The notes beneath the pieces were generated by a model that had not been told where the DNA came from, did no database searches, and worked only from the letters and a program-made list of their open reading frames with translations. From positions 3,840,001-3,904,000 of the forward strand of contig CBDETY010000003.1 of assembly GCA_965243025.1 (NCBI GenBank): a DNA stretch of 64,000 nucleotides. The letters run 5' to 3'. Positions within the stretch are counted from its first letter, which is position 1; the number at the start of each line of letters is the position of its first letter. Of this stretch, positions 28,529 to 37,973 are shown one piece after another. Both the position numbers and the translations under genes were made by a program. This DNA comes from Candidatus Latescibacterota bacterium. Lineage in GTDB: Bacteria > Latescibacterota > UBA2968 > UBA8231.

Positions 28529-28732
28529 ATGTTCACGCTGATTCAGCTCCTGCCGCTGCGGCAACTTCTGCTGCAGCAGCTGCCCGCCTTCACCGTTTCC
28601 TTCGTCATCGCCGAGACGTTCTACAAGTTCCACAGCTTCGCCCTCGAGACGGTGGCTTTCCTGGCGACCTGGTTCGTCATCGACGGGGCCATCCGCCTCG
28701 GCGGCGCCGCCCTGCAGCGCCTGAAGTCGTGA
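28529..28732 (+). CDS. Small membrane protein (67 aa)
   Basis: Two hydrophobic helices around AETFYKFHSFALE; GGGAG RBS; GTGA overlap with next gene. Confidence 0.7.
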   Translation: MFTLIQLLPLRQLLLQQLPAFTVSFVIAETFYKFHSFALETVAFLATWFVIDGAIRLGGAALQRLKS

Positions 28733-29583
28733 GCGTCTCCGACAAGGAGATCCGGCGCTGCCTCGCCCGCCTCGAGGTCGAGGGGTTCTGCATAATCGAG
28801 GGGTTGATACCGGCGGCCGAGGTCGGCGCCGTGCGCGACGGGGTGCTGGCCGCGGTGGAATCGGTGGCCGAAGAGACGCTGGCCAGGGCCGAGGCGGTGC
28901 GCGCCAGGGGGCACCGCCTCAGCGCGCAGGGGGTGCAGGCGGTCCCCGGGCTGCTCAACCTCGACCAGTCGGCGGCCCCATGGCTGGCCGAGCCCCGGAT
29001 CATGGCGATTACCCGGGCGCTGTTCGGCGACTGGGTGCGCATGAGCAACACCAGCGGGCTGGTCAATTTTCCTGGCAACGACCGCGCCTACTGGCACGCC
29101 GACTGGCCCTACAACCAGACCAACGCCGTCCACATCCCGGCGCCGTACCCCGACGAGGTGATGAAGCTGTCCTCGCTCTGGATGCTGTCGGAGTTCTCGC
29201 CGCGCACCGGGGGCACGCTGGTGGTACCCGGCAGCCATCGCGCCCGCAACAACCCTTCCGGCGGGGACGGGGTGTTCGACCGCGAGGAGCCGCACCCTTC
29301 CGAGCTGCAGATTTCGGGAAGCCCCGGCAGCGTCATGCTGTTCGACAGCCGCCTGTGGCACTGCGTCGCCCGCAACCTGAGCGACGAGCCGCGGGTGGCG
29401 ATGAACGTCGGCTACCTGCCCTGGTGGCTGAACATCGAGCCGACGCGGCAGGGCACACCCGATTTCGTCCGCATGGTGGTCGAGACGGACGGCAAGCCGA
29501 ACGTCACCACCGAGCTGCGGCCCGAGGTGTACGAGCGGCTGCCGGAAGAGGTGAAGCCGCTGGTGCGGCACCTCGTGGCGTAA
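28729..29583 (+). CDS. PhyH-family dioxygenase
   Basis: EGFCIIEG, WHADWPY, GGTLVVPGSH, FDSRLWH. Confidence 0.9.
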   Translation: MSVSDKEIRRCLARLEVEGFCIIEGLIPAAEVGAVRDGVLAAVESVAEETLARAEAVRARGHRLSAQGVQAVPGLLNLDQSAAPWLAEPRIMAITRALFGDWVRMSNTSGLVNFPGNDRAYWHADWPYNQTNAVHIPAPYPDEVMKLSSLWMLSEFSPRTGGTLVVPGSHRARNNPSGGDGVFDREEPHPSELQISGSPGSVMLFDSRLWHCVARNLSDEPRVAMNVGYLPWWLNIEPTRQGTPDFVRMVVETDGKPNVTTELRPEVYERLPEEVKPLVRHLVA

Positions 29584-29596
29584 TACCTGCGAGGCG

Positions 29597-29701
29597 ATGC
29601 AGCGGATGAAGCGTTCCCCGTGGGTTGCCGTAACCGCGTTCGCTTGCTGGCTGTTCGTCGCCATCATGGTCGGGGTCTGGATCGGCTGGCTGACCGGCTG
29701 A
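29597..29701 (+). CDS. Putative 34-aa single-pass membrane microprotein
   Basis: MQRMKRSPWVAVTAFACWLFVAIMVGVWIGWLTG; GAGG RBS; below ORF-track cutoff. Confidence 0.55.
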   Translation: MQRMKRSPWVAVTAFACWLFVAIMVGVWIGWLTG

Positions 29702-29813
29702 CCGTAGGCAGAAACGGGCCGTAGTCTGACCACCCCCCCCTTTCAGGAGGCGGCAGCACAACACCCGGGCCGGCAGGGCGCACAACGAAAAGCGCAATCT
29801 ACAGAGAAAAGCG

Positions 29814-30986
29814 ATGATCGAATCCTTCGACTATTTCTTCGGCGGCCACGTCGAGATGACGGACATGGGGTTCGCGGGAAAGCGCGTCGACGACCGCATC
29901 GAGAGCGACGGGCACCTGGCGACCGTGTTCGACGAAGCCCTCTCCATGGCGCGGCTGATGGAGCCGCTCAACTACGACACCCTGTGGCTTGCCGAGCACC
30001 ACTTCCAGCGCGAGGGGTACGGCGGCATCGGCAACATCCCGCTGCTCAGCGTCTGGCTCGCCGGCAAGACCGAGCGCCTCAAGTTCGGAGCGATGTTCAA
30101 CACGGTGCCGGCCTGGCACCCGCTGCGGCTCGCCGAGGACTTCGCCGCCGCCGACATCCTCACCGAAGGGCGGGTCCGCTTCGGCATCGGCCGCGGCTAC
30201 ATCAACCGCGAGGTCGAGACCCTGGGTTCTCCCCTCGACGACGACGAGGCCAACCGCGAGCGCTTCGAGGAGCAGGTCGACATCATCTTCAAGGCCTGGA
30301 ACGAGCAGAGCTTCTCGCACCGGGGCAGGCATTACGACATCCCCCCGAGGGTGGTCTACCGCGAACAGGAGCTGGAGGAGCTCACCCTGGTGCCGCGCCC
30401 GCGGACCCTGCCGGTCGAGTGCTGGCAGCCGATCTTCAGCGTCAGTCCGCGCGGCATCGACTTCATGATGAACCACGGGATCAAGGGAGTCGTGCCGGGA
30501 GGGGGCCGCGTCGACGAGATCGCGCGCAAGTGGCAGGAGGCGCACGCCGAGCGCGGCCGCGACACCGAGCTCGGGGAGAACCTGGCGCTGGTGCTGCAGG
30601 TGATGCTCGGCGACACCGAGGAGGAGGCGGTCGCCGAGGCCGAGGTCTGGTTCGAGGAGCAGCTCAAGGTGCTGTCCCCCCTCGGCAGGATGCCGTTCCT
30701 CAAGCGGGAGCAGATCCTGGCGACCTACGATCCGCATAAGGCCCCGGAAGCGGGCCTGCCGACGGTCCGCGACCTGCAGCGGGACGGGGCCTGGATCTGC
30801 GGGCCGCCGGAGCTGGTGTACGAACGGATCTGCGACTACCAGGAGCGCCTTCCCGGGCTGCGGCGGGTTTCGGTCGGAGCCGGAGCCCTGGCGATTCCGC
30901 CGAGCGTGCTCAGGCGCAACATCGAGTGGTTCGGCAGGGAGGTGCTGCCGCGATTCGACGGCGTCGCCGCGGCAGCCGCGGGCTGA
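29814..30986 (+). CDS. LLM-class flavin-dependent oxidoreductase
   Basis: WLAEHHF, WHPLRLAEDFA.AD.LT.GR..FG.GRGY. Confidence 0.93.
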   Translation: MIESFDYFFGGHVEMTDMGFAGKRVDDRIESDGHLATVFDEALSMARLMEPLNYDTLWLAEHHFQREGYGGIGNIPLLSVWLAGKTERLKFGAMFNTVPAWHPLRLAEDFAAADILTEGRVRFGIGRGYINREVETLGSPLDDDEANRERFEEQVDIIFKAWNEQSFSHRGRHYDIPPRVVYREQELEELTLVPRPRTLPVECWQPIFSVSPRGIDFMMNHGIKGVVPGGGRVDEIARKWQEAHAERGRDTELGENLALVLQVMLGDTEEEAVAEAEVWFEEQLKVLSPLGRMPFLKREQILATYDPHKAPEAGLPTVRDLQRDGAWICGPPELVYERICDYQERLPGLRRVSVGAGALAIPPSVLRRNIEWFGREVLPRFDGVAAAAAG

Positions 30987-30994
30987 GGGAAATC

Positions 30995-31828
30995 ATGGAA
31001 CAACAGGACCGGACCACCAGAACCAAGGCGGCCGCCGCCCGCGGCGAGACTGTCTTCGTCCCGGAGATAAACCGGGTCTTCGATCCGGTGGTCATCGAGC
31101 TGATCGCCGAGGCCGGGTACGGCTGCGCCTGGGTCGACATGGAGCACTCCCACGCCAGCCTCGACAGGCTGTCGTCGATGATCCTGGCGGCGCGCACCGT
31201 CGGCCTCGACCTCTTCGTGCGCATACCGCACGGACCCTACAACCAGGTGATAAAGCCGCTCGAGCTCGGGGCCGCCGGCCTGATCTGGCCGCACTGCCGC
31301 AGCGCCGGGGAGGCGCGCCGTTTCGTCCGCATGGCGAAGTTCCAGCCCCTCGGCCTGCGCGGCATGGGGGGCGGCCGCGACTCCCGCTACGGCGCCGACG
31401 ATACCGCGGAGTACCTCGACCGCGCCAACGAGCAGACGCTGCTCGGGGTGATGATCGAGGACCCGGAAGGAGTGGAAGAGGCCGGGGAGATCGCCGCGGT
31501 CGAGGGGATCGACCTCCTGTTCGTCGGGCCGGGGGATCTCTCCCACAGCTGCGGCACCATCCGCGAGCCGGGAAAGCCGCACCTGCACGCCCCGGTGCTG
31601 GCCGCCTACGAGCGGGTCGGCGCCGCCTGCCGGGCCAACGGCAAGGTGATGGGCACCGCGGTCGACCCGGGACCGGAGATGGCCGAGGTGGTGAGGCTCG
31701 GGGTGCGCTGGCTCAACTGCTGCCACGAGCTGCGCGCCGTCACCGCCGGGTACGGAACCGCCCTGGCGGACTCGAAGGCGATCGTCGACAACCAATCGGC
31801 AGCGAAAAGCGAAAGGAGCGAATCGTGA
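30995..31828 (+). CDS. HpcH/HpaI aldolase family
   Basis: WVDMEH, LELGA.G, P.GLRG, MIED, FVGPGDLS. Confidence 0.9.
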   Translation: MEQQDRTTRTKAAAARGETVFVPEINRVFDPVVIELIAEAGYGCAWVDMEHSHASLDRLSSMILAARTVGLDLFVRIPHGPYNQVIKPLELGAAGLIWPHCRSAGEARRFVRMAKFQPLGLRGMGGGRDSRYGADDTAEYLDRANEQTLLGVMIEDPEGVEEAGEIAAVEGIDLLFVGPGDLSHSCGTIREPGKPHLHAPVLAAYERVGAACRANGKVMGTAVDPGPEMAEVVRLGVRWLNCCHELRAVTAGYGTALADSKAIVDNQSAAKSERSES

Positions 31829-32502
31829 ATCTGGTTTTCGTCGGCTGCGAGTACGCCGGCAAATCGACCCTGGCCGCCGAAGTGATGGAGTGGGCCGAGC
31901 ATACCCTTGGCGGCACCAGTCATTTCCACGACCACTTCAGCGTCCCCTCGAGCGAGCTGTCGCCGGAAGCCGCCGAATCGGCGAAGAACGCGCACCCCCA
32001 GTTCCTGGAAATGTTCCAGCGCTTCTCGCTGACCTACCACCTCGACCCTTCCTTCTACGGCTCCCCCGACCACAACCTGATGGGGTACGTGATCGAGGAG
32101 GCGGTGTACGCGCCGCTCTACTACGGGTACGGCGGCCTGGACAGCCAGTCGCCGCAGCGCAGCCCGGAGGGCCAGCGCACCGAGATGGCCCGCCTCTTCG
32201 AGACCAAGATGCTGGAGAAGGCCCCCGACACGGTGCTGGTGCTGTTCAAGGCGGACCCGGCGGTGATCCGCCGGCGCATGCGGGAGGCGCCCCACACCCA
32301 CCAGGTCGTGAGGGACGAGGACGTCGAGCAGGTGCTGGCGCGGTTCGAGGAGGAGTTCGAGGCCTCGCTGATCCGCAAGCGGATCGTCCTCGACACCTCG
32401 ACGGCGACCGTGGAGGAGACCCTGGCCGAGTTCGTCGAGAAGTACCAGCCGTTCCACAGCAACGCCGACCTGCTGCGAATGCACCGGCGGGCCGGCGGGT
32501 GA
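31825..32502 (+). CDS. P-loop nucleoside-monophosphate-kinase-like protein
   Basis: LVFVGCEYAGKST Walker A; LVLFKADP.VIRRR; LDTS. Confidence 0.75.
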   Translation: MNLVFVGCEYAGKSTLAAEVMEWAEHTLGGTSHFHDHFSVPSSELSPEAAESAKNAHPQFLEMFQRFSLTYHLDPSFYGSPDHNLMGYVIEEAVYAPLYYGYGGLDSQSPQRSPEGQRTEMARLFETKMLEKAPDTVLVLFKADPAVIRRRMREAPHTHQVVRDEDVEQVLARFEEEFEASLIRKRIVLDTSTATVEETLAEFVEKYQPFHSNADLLRMHRRAGG

Positions 32503-32548
32503 CAGGCCCCAGGCGCTGATTAATTCCCTACCGTAAAGGATCCCGACG

Positions 32549-33205
32549 ATGTTGAGATTTCCGGAAGAACTGATGCTGCTCATGCTCGACGACGAGAACG
32601 GCACGTTCGCGAGGGTGCCGGACCGGCTGCTGCGCTACGCCCTCGCCGGCGGGGTGCTGATGGACCTGGCCCTCGAAGACCGTATCGACACCGACCTGGA
32701 GAAGCTGATCCTGGTCAGCTCCGAGCCCCTGCAGGACAGCCTGCTCGACCCGACGCTGGCCGACATCGCCCAGGCGACGGAGACCCACGACGCCCGCTTC
32801 TGGGTGGAGCGCACCGCCCGCCTCAGCGCCGAGGCGATCCGCCGCGAGGCCCTCAACCGGCTGGTCGACCGCGGAATCCTCGAATGCCGGGACGACCGCT
32901 TCCTGTGGGTGTTCCGGGCGCGGCGCTACCCGGCCATCGACGGCACCGCCGAACGGGAGGTGAAGCTCCGGATCATGGAGATCCTGTTCAGCGACCTGGT
33001 TCCGCTGCCGCGCGACGTGGTCATCATCGGCCTGGCGCACGCCTGCGACCTGTTCCGCCAGATACTTTCCGACCGCGAGCTCGCCAACGTCGCCACCCGC
33101 ATCGACGAGGTGCGCCAGCTCGACCTGATCAGCCGCGCCATGTCGCAGGCCATCATCGACATCGAGCTCTCCATCGCCCTCGCCGTCCAGACGACGCCGT
33201 ACTGA
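32549..33205 (+). CDS. GPP34/GOLPH3/Vps74 family protein
   Basis: EELMLLMLDDENG, ALAGGVLMDLALEDRI, LVDRGIL, RRYP. Confidence 0.88.
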   Translation: MLRFPEELMLLMLDDENGTFARVPDRLLRYALAGGVLMDLALEDRIDTDLEKLILVSSEPLQDSLLDPTLADIAQATETHDARFWVERTARLSAEAIRREALNRLVDRGILECRDDRFLWVFRARRYPAIDGTAEREVKLRIMEILFSDLVPLPRDVVIIGLAHACDLFRQILSDRELANVATRIDEVRQLDLISRAMSQAIIDIELSIALAVQTTPY

Positions 33206-33304
33206 CCGAAACTCCGGAGCCGAGGCGAGCCGGCGCCTGAACTCTGTTCCCCTGACGTAGGCCAGGTTCCAGGATCCAGGATCCACGCCGCCTGACAGGG
33301 AGAC

Positions 33305-34048
33305 GTGATGAAACACCAACTGCTCGAGAACAAAGCCGCCGTCGTCACCGGCGCCGCCCAGGGGATCGGCTACGCCATCGCCCGCCGTTTCGTCGCCGAG
33401 GGGGCGCGCGTGGCGATCCTCGACATCGACCTCGAGAAGGCGGAGCAGGCCGCCGACGAGCTCGGCGCATCCGCCTTCCGGGCCGACGTCACCGACGCCG
33501 CTTCCGTCGAGAGCGCCTTCGCCGGGGTCGCCGCCCGCTTCGGCAGCCTCGACATCCTCGTGAACAACGCCGGGATCGTCGGCAGCGACACCCCGGTCAG
33601 GGATCTCGACGAGGCGGACTGGAACCGCGTCCTCGACGTCAACCTCACCGGGACCTTCCTCTGCTCGCGGGAGGCGGTGCGCCACATGATTCCCCGGAAG
33701 TCGGGAAGCATCGTGTCGATGGCGTCGATCTCCGGCAAGGAGGGGAACGCCAACATGGCCCCCTACTCCGTGTCGAAGGCCGGGGTGATCTGCTTCACCA
33801 AAACCCTGGCCAAGGAGGTGCTTTCCGACGGCATCCGCGTCAACTGCGTCGCCCCGGCGCTGATCGACACGCCGATCCTCCGGGAGATGGAGCCGGAGCG
33901 GGTCGACTTCCTGACCTCGAAGATCCCCCTTGGCAGGCTGGGCCGGCCGGAGGAAGTGGCGGCGACGATTCTCTTCCTCGCATCCGACGAGTCGACCTTC
34001 GCCACCGGGGCCTGCTTCGACGCCAGCGGCGGCAGGGCGACCTACTGA
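33305..34048 (+). CDS. SDR family oxidoreductase
   Basis: TGAAQGIG, NNAG, YSVSK. Confidence 0.95.
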   Translation: MMKHQLLENKAAVVTGAAQGIGYAIARRFVAEGARVAILDIDLEKAEQAADELGASAFRADVTDAASVESAFAGVAARFGSLDILVNNAGIVGSDTPVRDLDEADWNRVLDVNLTGTFLCSREAVRHMIPRKSGSIVSMASISGKEGNANMAPYSVSKAGVICFTKTLAKEVLSDGIRVNCVAPALIDTPILREMEPERVDFLTSKIPLGRLGRPEEVAATILFLASDESTFATGACFDASGGRATY

Positions 34049-34989
34049 TGGCTTCTAAGGAAGCGGGTTGTCCCGCCGAGTTGAGAGCCGCTCTCGACTG
34101 CCCGGTTCCCTCGCTGCGCACGCCGTTCACCCCCTCGGGAGAGGTCGACTACGACGGGGTGCGCGCCCAGGTGGAGTTCGCCGTCGCCGCCAGGGCCGGT
34201 ACGGTGATGGTGACCTGGGGAGACAGCCAGTATTCGGTGCTGACCGACGACCAGGTCGCCGAGCTGGTCAGGGTCGTCGTCGAGCAGAGCCGCGGCCGCG
34301 CCAGGGTCATCGCCGCCGACAACTCCTGGGCGACGCCGAAGGCGGCCGCTTTTGCGGAATACTGCAAGGGGATCGGCGCCGACCTGCTCATGCTCCTGCC
34401 CCCGGACTGGGCCTCGTCCTCGACGACGGACACCCTGGTCGAGCATTTCAACGCCGTCGGACAACACATGCCGACGATGATCGTGACCGCCTTCTTCTCC
34501 CACATGGGCCCGCGCTCACCGGACCGCCAGCTGGGGGTGATCCGGGAGCTGTACGAACGCTGCCCCGACCTTGTCGCCGTCAAGGACGACCTGCTCGGGG
34601 AGGCGGGCATGCGCATGTGCATGCTCGTCCACGACCGCTGGGCGGTGGTCTCGGGCGGGTGGATGTCGAACCACACCCTCCAGGTCCCCTACGGCGTCGA
34701 CGGCTACCTCTGCCTGATCATGAGCTTCCGCCCCGACATCGCCTGGAGCTACTTCGACGCCGTCAGGGAGGGGCGCTACCCCGACGCCTGGCGCGTCGTC
34801 CGCGAAATCGAGTGGCCGCTGCGGGACCTGATGAGCAGCTTCGGGGTCAGCCTCAACTCGGTCTGGCACGGGATGTCGGAGCTGTTCGGCATCAGCGGCA
34901 GGCACCTGCCGCTGCCCTACTACACCCTCACCGACGCGCAGATGGAGCGGCTGGAACAGGGACTGAGGGACCTCGACTTCCTGCGCTGA
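34048..34989 (+). CDS. Dihydrodipicolinate synthase-like lyase
   Basis: TPFT..GEVDY, GADLLMLLPP, VAVKDD Schiff-base Lys. Confidence 0.85.
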   Translation: MASKEAGCPAELRAALDCPVPSLRTPFTPSGEVDYDGVRAQVEFAVAARAGTVMVTWGDSQYSVLTDDQVAELVRVVVEQSRGRARVIAADNSWATPKAAAFAEYCKGIGADLLMLLPPDWASSSTTDTLVEHFNAVGQHMPTMIVTAFFSHMGPRSPDRQLGVIRELYERCPDLVAVKDDLLGEAGMRMCMLVHDRWAVVSGGWMSNHTLQVPYGVDGYLCLIMSFRPDIAWSYFDAVREGRYPDAWRVVREIEWPLRDLMSSFGVSLNSVWHGMSELFGISGRHLPLPYYTLTDAQMERLEQGLRDLDFLR

Positions 34990-35043
34990 GCCCGCCGTTC
35001 ACGTCGTTTTCTCCTGCAACCGGAAAACCCTGAGAGAACTTCC

Positions 35044-35787
35044 ATGAAACTGGGTGAAATGACCTGGCCGGAAGTCGCGGCCCTGGACAAGAGCAACCTG
35101 GTGGCCGTCTACCCGATCGCCGCCTTCGAGCAGCACGGCCCCCACCTGCCGTTCCTCACCGACACGATGGAGACCGACGAGGTGGTCGCCCGCCTCGAGC
35201 GGCGGCTGCCGGGCGACGTCGTCTGCCTGCCGACGCAGTGGCTGGGGTATTCCTTCCACCACATGCGCTTCGCCGGCAGCATAACGGCCACCTCCGACAC
35301 CCACGTCAACCTGATCGCCGAGACCGTCGGCTGCCTGATCGAGGCCGGCTTCGGCAGGGTGCTGATCGTCAACGGCCACGGCGGCAACCAGCCGGACATG
35401 GCCGTCGCCCTGCAGAAGGTAAAGGAGCGCTACCCGGACTCGCGGGTGTTCGCCGTGTCGCACTGGAAGGCGGCCGAGCCCCTCCTCGACGAGATCCGCG
35501 AGGCCGGCCCGCACGGCTGGGGCCACGCCGGCGAGATGGAGACGTCGCTGATGCTGGCGATCCGTCCGGACCTCGTCAAAGGTGAGCTTCCCCCCAGGGA
35601 CGGCACCCACCCCGAGTCGGAGTACGCCGACCGGGTGTCGCAGTTCCTGCGCATGGACGAGATGACGGAGCAGGGGATCTACGGGGACCCCACCTACGGC
35701 ACCGCGGAGAAGGGGGAGCGCATGTTCGAGGCGATCGCCGGCTGCCTCGCCGACATCGTCGGCGACCTTCAGAGCGGCAGGTTCTGA
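35044..35787 (+). CDS. Creatininase family amidohydrolase
   Basis: EQHGPHLP..TD, S.HH, NGHGGN, HAGEMETS. Confidence 0.93.
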   Translation: MKLGEMTWPEVAALDKSNLVAVYPIAAFEQHGPHLPFLTDTMETDEVVARLERRLPGDVVCLPTQWLGYSFHHMRFAGSITATSDTHVNLIAETVGCLIEAGFGRVLIVNGHGGNQPDMAVALQKVKERYPDSRVFAVSHWKAAEPLLDEIREAGPHGWGHAGEMETSLMLAIRPDLVKGELPPRDGTHPESEYADRVSQFLRMDEMTEQGIYGDPTYGTAEKGERMFEAIAGCLADIVGDLQSGRF

Positions 35788-35929
35788 CGTGGGCGGCTAC
35801 GGCCCGCGGTCAGCAGCTCGATCTATTGAGGCGGTTGAGGAAGGGGATGATTTCGTCATTGCTGCAGAGCAACTTTTAATCAACGTGTTGCTCAAGGGAT
35901 GGTTGGATAGCGACCCGGCCACCGGCCAT

Positions 35930-37330
35930 GAGCTACCTTCAAAAGGTGTGGAAATAGAGAAAAGGCGACCCTAACCTTCCATTAGACAGTTTCCACAAAC
36001 CGCCCGGTAGCCAGCCGGGCAACGGAAGGAGAGAGTCGCCATGAGAGAATCTACCCTCGAATCTGTAGCCCCGTCCATGCCCACGTTCGCCACGTTGGAA
36101 AGCTGGGCCCGATCCTCGATCCAGGATTTGTTGCAGCGGGTTCTGGAGGAGGAGGTGACGGAGTTTCTGGGACGGACGCGCTACCAGCGACGGACCGCCG
36201 TAGACGCCACCCCCGGCTCCCGCAACGGACACGGCAAACCGCGACAGGTGTCGCTGATGTCGGGCACCATCCAGGTGAGACGGCCGCGCGTTCGGGGACT
36301 GGAAGAGCGCTTTGAGAGTCGAATTCTGCCGCTGTTCCTGCGCCGCACCCACGAGGTGACCCGGATGCTGCCCGAGCTTTACCTGCACGGGCTGTCTCAG
36401 GGGGACTTCGAACTGGCTTTGCGGGGGCTTTTGGGCAACGGCGCTCCCCTGTCGGCTTCGTCCATTGGCCGCCTGCGGGCGCAGTGGGAGGAGGAGCTGG
36501 AGACCTGGCGGGAGCGCCGTCTCGACGACCGCGAGCTGGTGTATGCATGGGCGGATGGCATCTACGTCAAGGCCGGGCTGGAGAAGGACAAGGCGGCTCT
36601 GCTGGTCGTCATCGGCGCCATGAGCGACGGTCGCAAGGAGGTACTGGCCGTGTGGCCCGGCTACCGCGAGTCGACGGCGTCCTGGCTGAAGGTCCTGCGC
36701 GACCTGCGCGATCGGGGTCTGCGGGCCCCGCGGCTGTTGATGGCCGACGGGGGTCTGCCTATCTGGAGCGCCACCGAGCAGGTGTGGCCGCAGGCGTCGC
36801 ATCAGCGCTGCTGGAATCACAAGATCCTCAACGTGCTCGATGACCTGCCGAAAAAGGTTCAGGGAAAAGCGCGGGCGTTGTTGACGCAGATCCCTTCGGC
36901 GGAGACGCGCCAAGAGGCGCAGAAACGACGGGCAACCTTTGCCCGCCGCTACCGCGACCGGTATCCGCAGGCGGTAGCCACCCTCGAACGCGACTGGGAG
37001 CGCATGGTCACCTTCTACGAGTTTCCCAGGGAGCACTGGAAGCACCTGCGCACAACCAATCCGGTCGAGAGCCCCTTTGCTTCGGTGCGTCTGCGCACCA
37101 ACGCCGGCAAGCGCTACAAGCGGGTTCAGGGAGCGACCGCTCTGATTTGGCGCGTGTTGATGGTGGCAGAAAAACGCTTTCGAAAACTCAATGCGCCCGA
37201 ATTACTGCCCCTCGTCTACGCCGGACAACAATACCAGGATGGGAAGCCCATCAAGAACGAAAAGACATCCACCAGGAGAAGGTTGAAACGGGCCGCCTGA
37301 TCTCATTTACACACCTTTTGACGTGACCTC
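35930..37330 (+). mobile_element. IS256-family insertion sequence, 1401 bp, complete
   Basis: Imperfect TIRs gagctaccttcaaaaggtgtggaaat / rc gaggtcacgtcaaaaggtgtgtaaat; 8-bp TSD ccggccat at 35922-35929 and 37331-37338. Confidence 0.95.
36041..37300 (+). CDS. IS256-family transposase
   Basis: RNG, LYLHGLS, WADGIY, ADG, QRCWNH, LRTTNPVES. Confidence 0.95.
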   Translation: MRESTLESVAPSMPTFATLESWARSSIQDLLQRVLEEEVTEFLGRTRYQRRTAVDATPGSRNGHGKPRQVSLMSGTIQVRRPRVRGLEERFESRILPLFLRRTHEVTRMLPELYLHGLSQGDFELALRGLLGNGAPLSASSIGRLRAQWEEELETWRERRLDDRELVYAWADGIYVKAGLEKDKAALLVVIGAMSDGRKEVLAVWPGYRESTASWLKVLRDLRDRGLRAPRLLMADGGLPIWSATEQVWPQASHQRCWNHKILNVLDDLPKKVQGKARALLTQIPSAETRQEAQKRRATFARRYRDRYPQAVATLERDWERMVTFYEFPREHWKHLRTTNPVESPFASVRLRTNAGKRYKRVQGATALIWRVLMVAEKRFRKLNAPELLPLVYAGQQYQDGKPIKNEKTSTRRRLKRAA

Positions 37331-37666
37331 CCGGCCATAACTTGAAGGTGCAAGTCATACCCATCGAGTAAGACATCCCCACAAGTGGTATTGTATCCAC
37401 CGCGTCTGTCTCAACATACCTTGGCTGACTGTCCCAAAGTACTGTGGCCCCGTAGATATCGAAGATGTCCTCGGTACCATTGGCCAGTATTGCTCGACCG
37501 CGACTCAGGCGGGTCAGTCCCAGTGCCGCGACGAGAACGGGCGGCAACGTGAGAAAACCGTTGAACCCAGTGTCAATGATGGCGTCAACCTCATGTTCCT
37601 GTCCCGCTGGTCCTTGTACCCAAAGATGGATAACTGCTTCGTAGTCGGTATTGACAATGCCCGTGA

Positions 37667-37942
37667 TCACGGGATCCCCTTCAGGGGACGTCCGCCAATC
37701 CGGTGCAGTGCACGATGGCCGACGCGCATGCACCAGATTTCAGCCTTGGGATATTGCTTGAGGAGACGCTCTGATGCAGCAAGGGCATTATCGGCAATGA
37801 GATAGTTCTCAGTGTCAACGTCGATGGCAACCACTTTCCCGTAGTGTATTGTTTCCACACGGGGACGGATAGCTCGCTCGTATATCTCCTCGCCACGCCT
37901 CGCTGTTTCCTCGGCTGAATATTGGGATTGACGGATCGGCAT
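37667..37942 (-). CDS. Small DUF5678-like protein coupled to aspartic protease
   Basis: ARRGEEIYE..IRP.VE....GKVVAIDVDT..Y; GTGA overlap with protease start; DUF number is inference. Confidence 0.75.
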   Translation of the reverse strand: MPIRQSQYSAEETARRGEEIYERAIRPRVETIHYGKVVAIDVDTENYLIADNALAASERLLKQYPKAEIWCMRVGHRALHRIGGRPLKGIP

Positions 37943-37973
37943 GGCAGTTCTCCCGATTGATTACAGTCGTATT

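Larger units (their letters stand above)
35876..37670 (-). pseudogene. Clan AA (retropepsin-like) aspartic protease, frameshifted and interrupted by IS256
   Basis: GTG 37670: ITGIV...AIIDTGFNGFL.LP...PLVGMS; 1-nt deletion near 37370 (restores LLDGYDLHLQVMAG); continues left of IS as GRVAIQPSLEQHVD* (stop 35876-35878). Confidence 0.85.

Noticed and set aside
33262-33285. 7-bp tandem ccagg(t/a)t x3; also the agcgccatc duplication near 2645-2670
   Set aside because: Short slippage-type repeats without spacers; not CRISPR, no evident function
35812-35870. IEAVEEGDDFVIA, resembling a Phd/YefM antitoxin fragment
   Set aside because: Only ~13 aa with no start or RBS; too short to support
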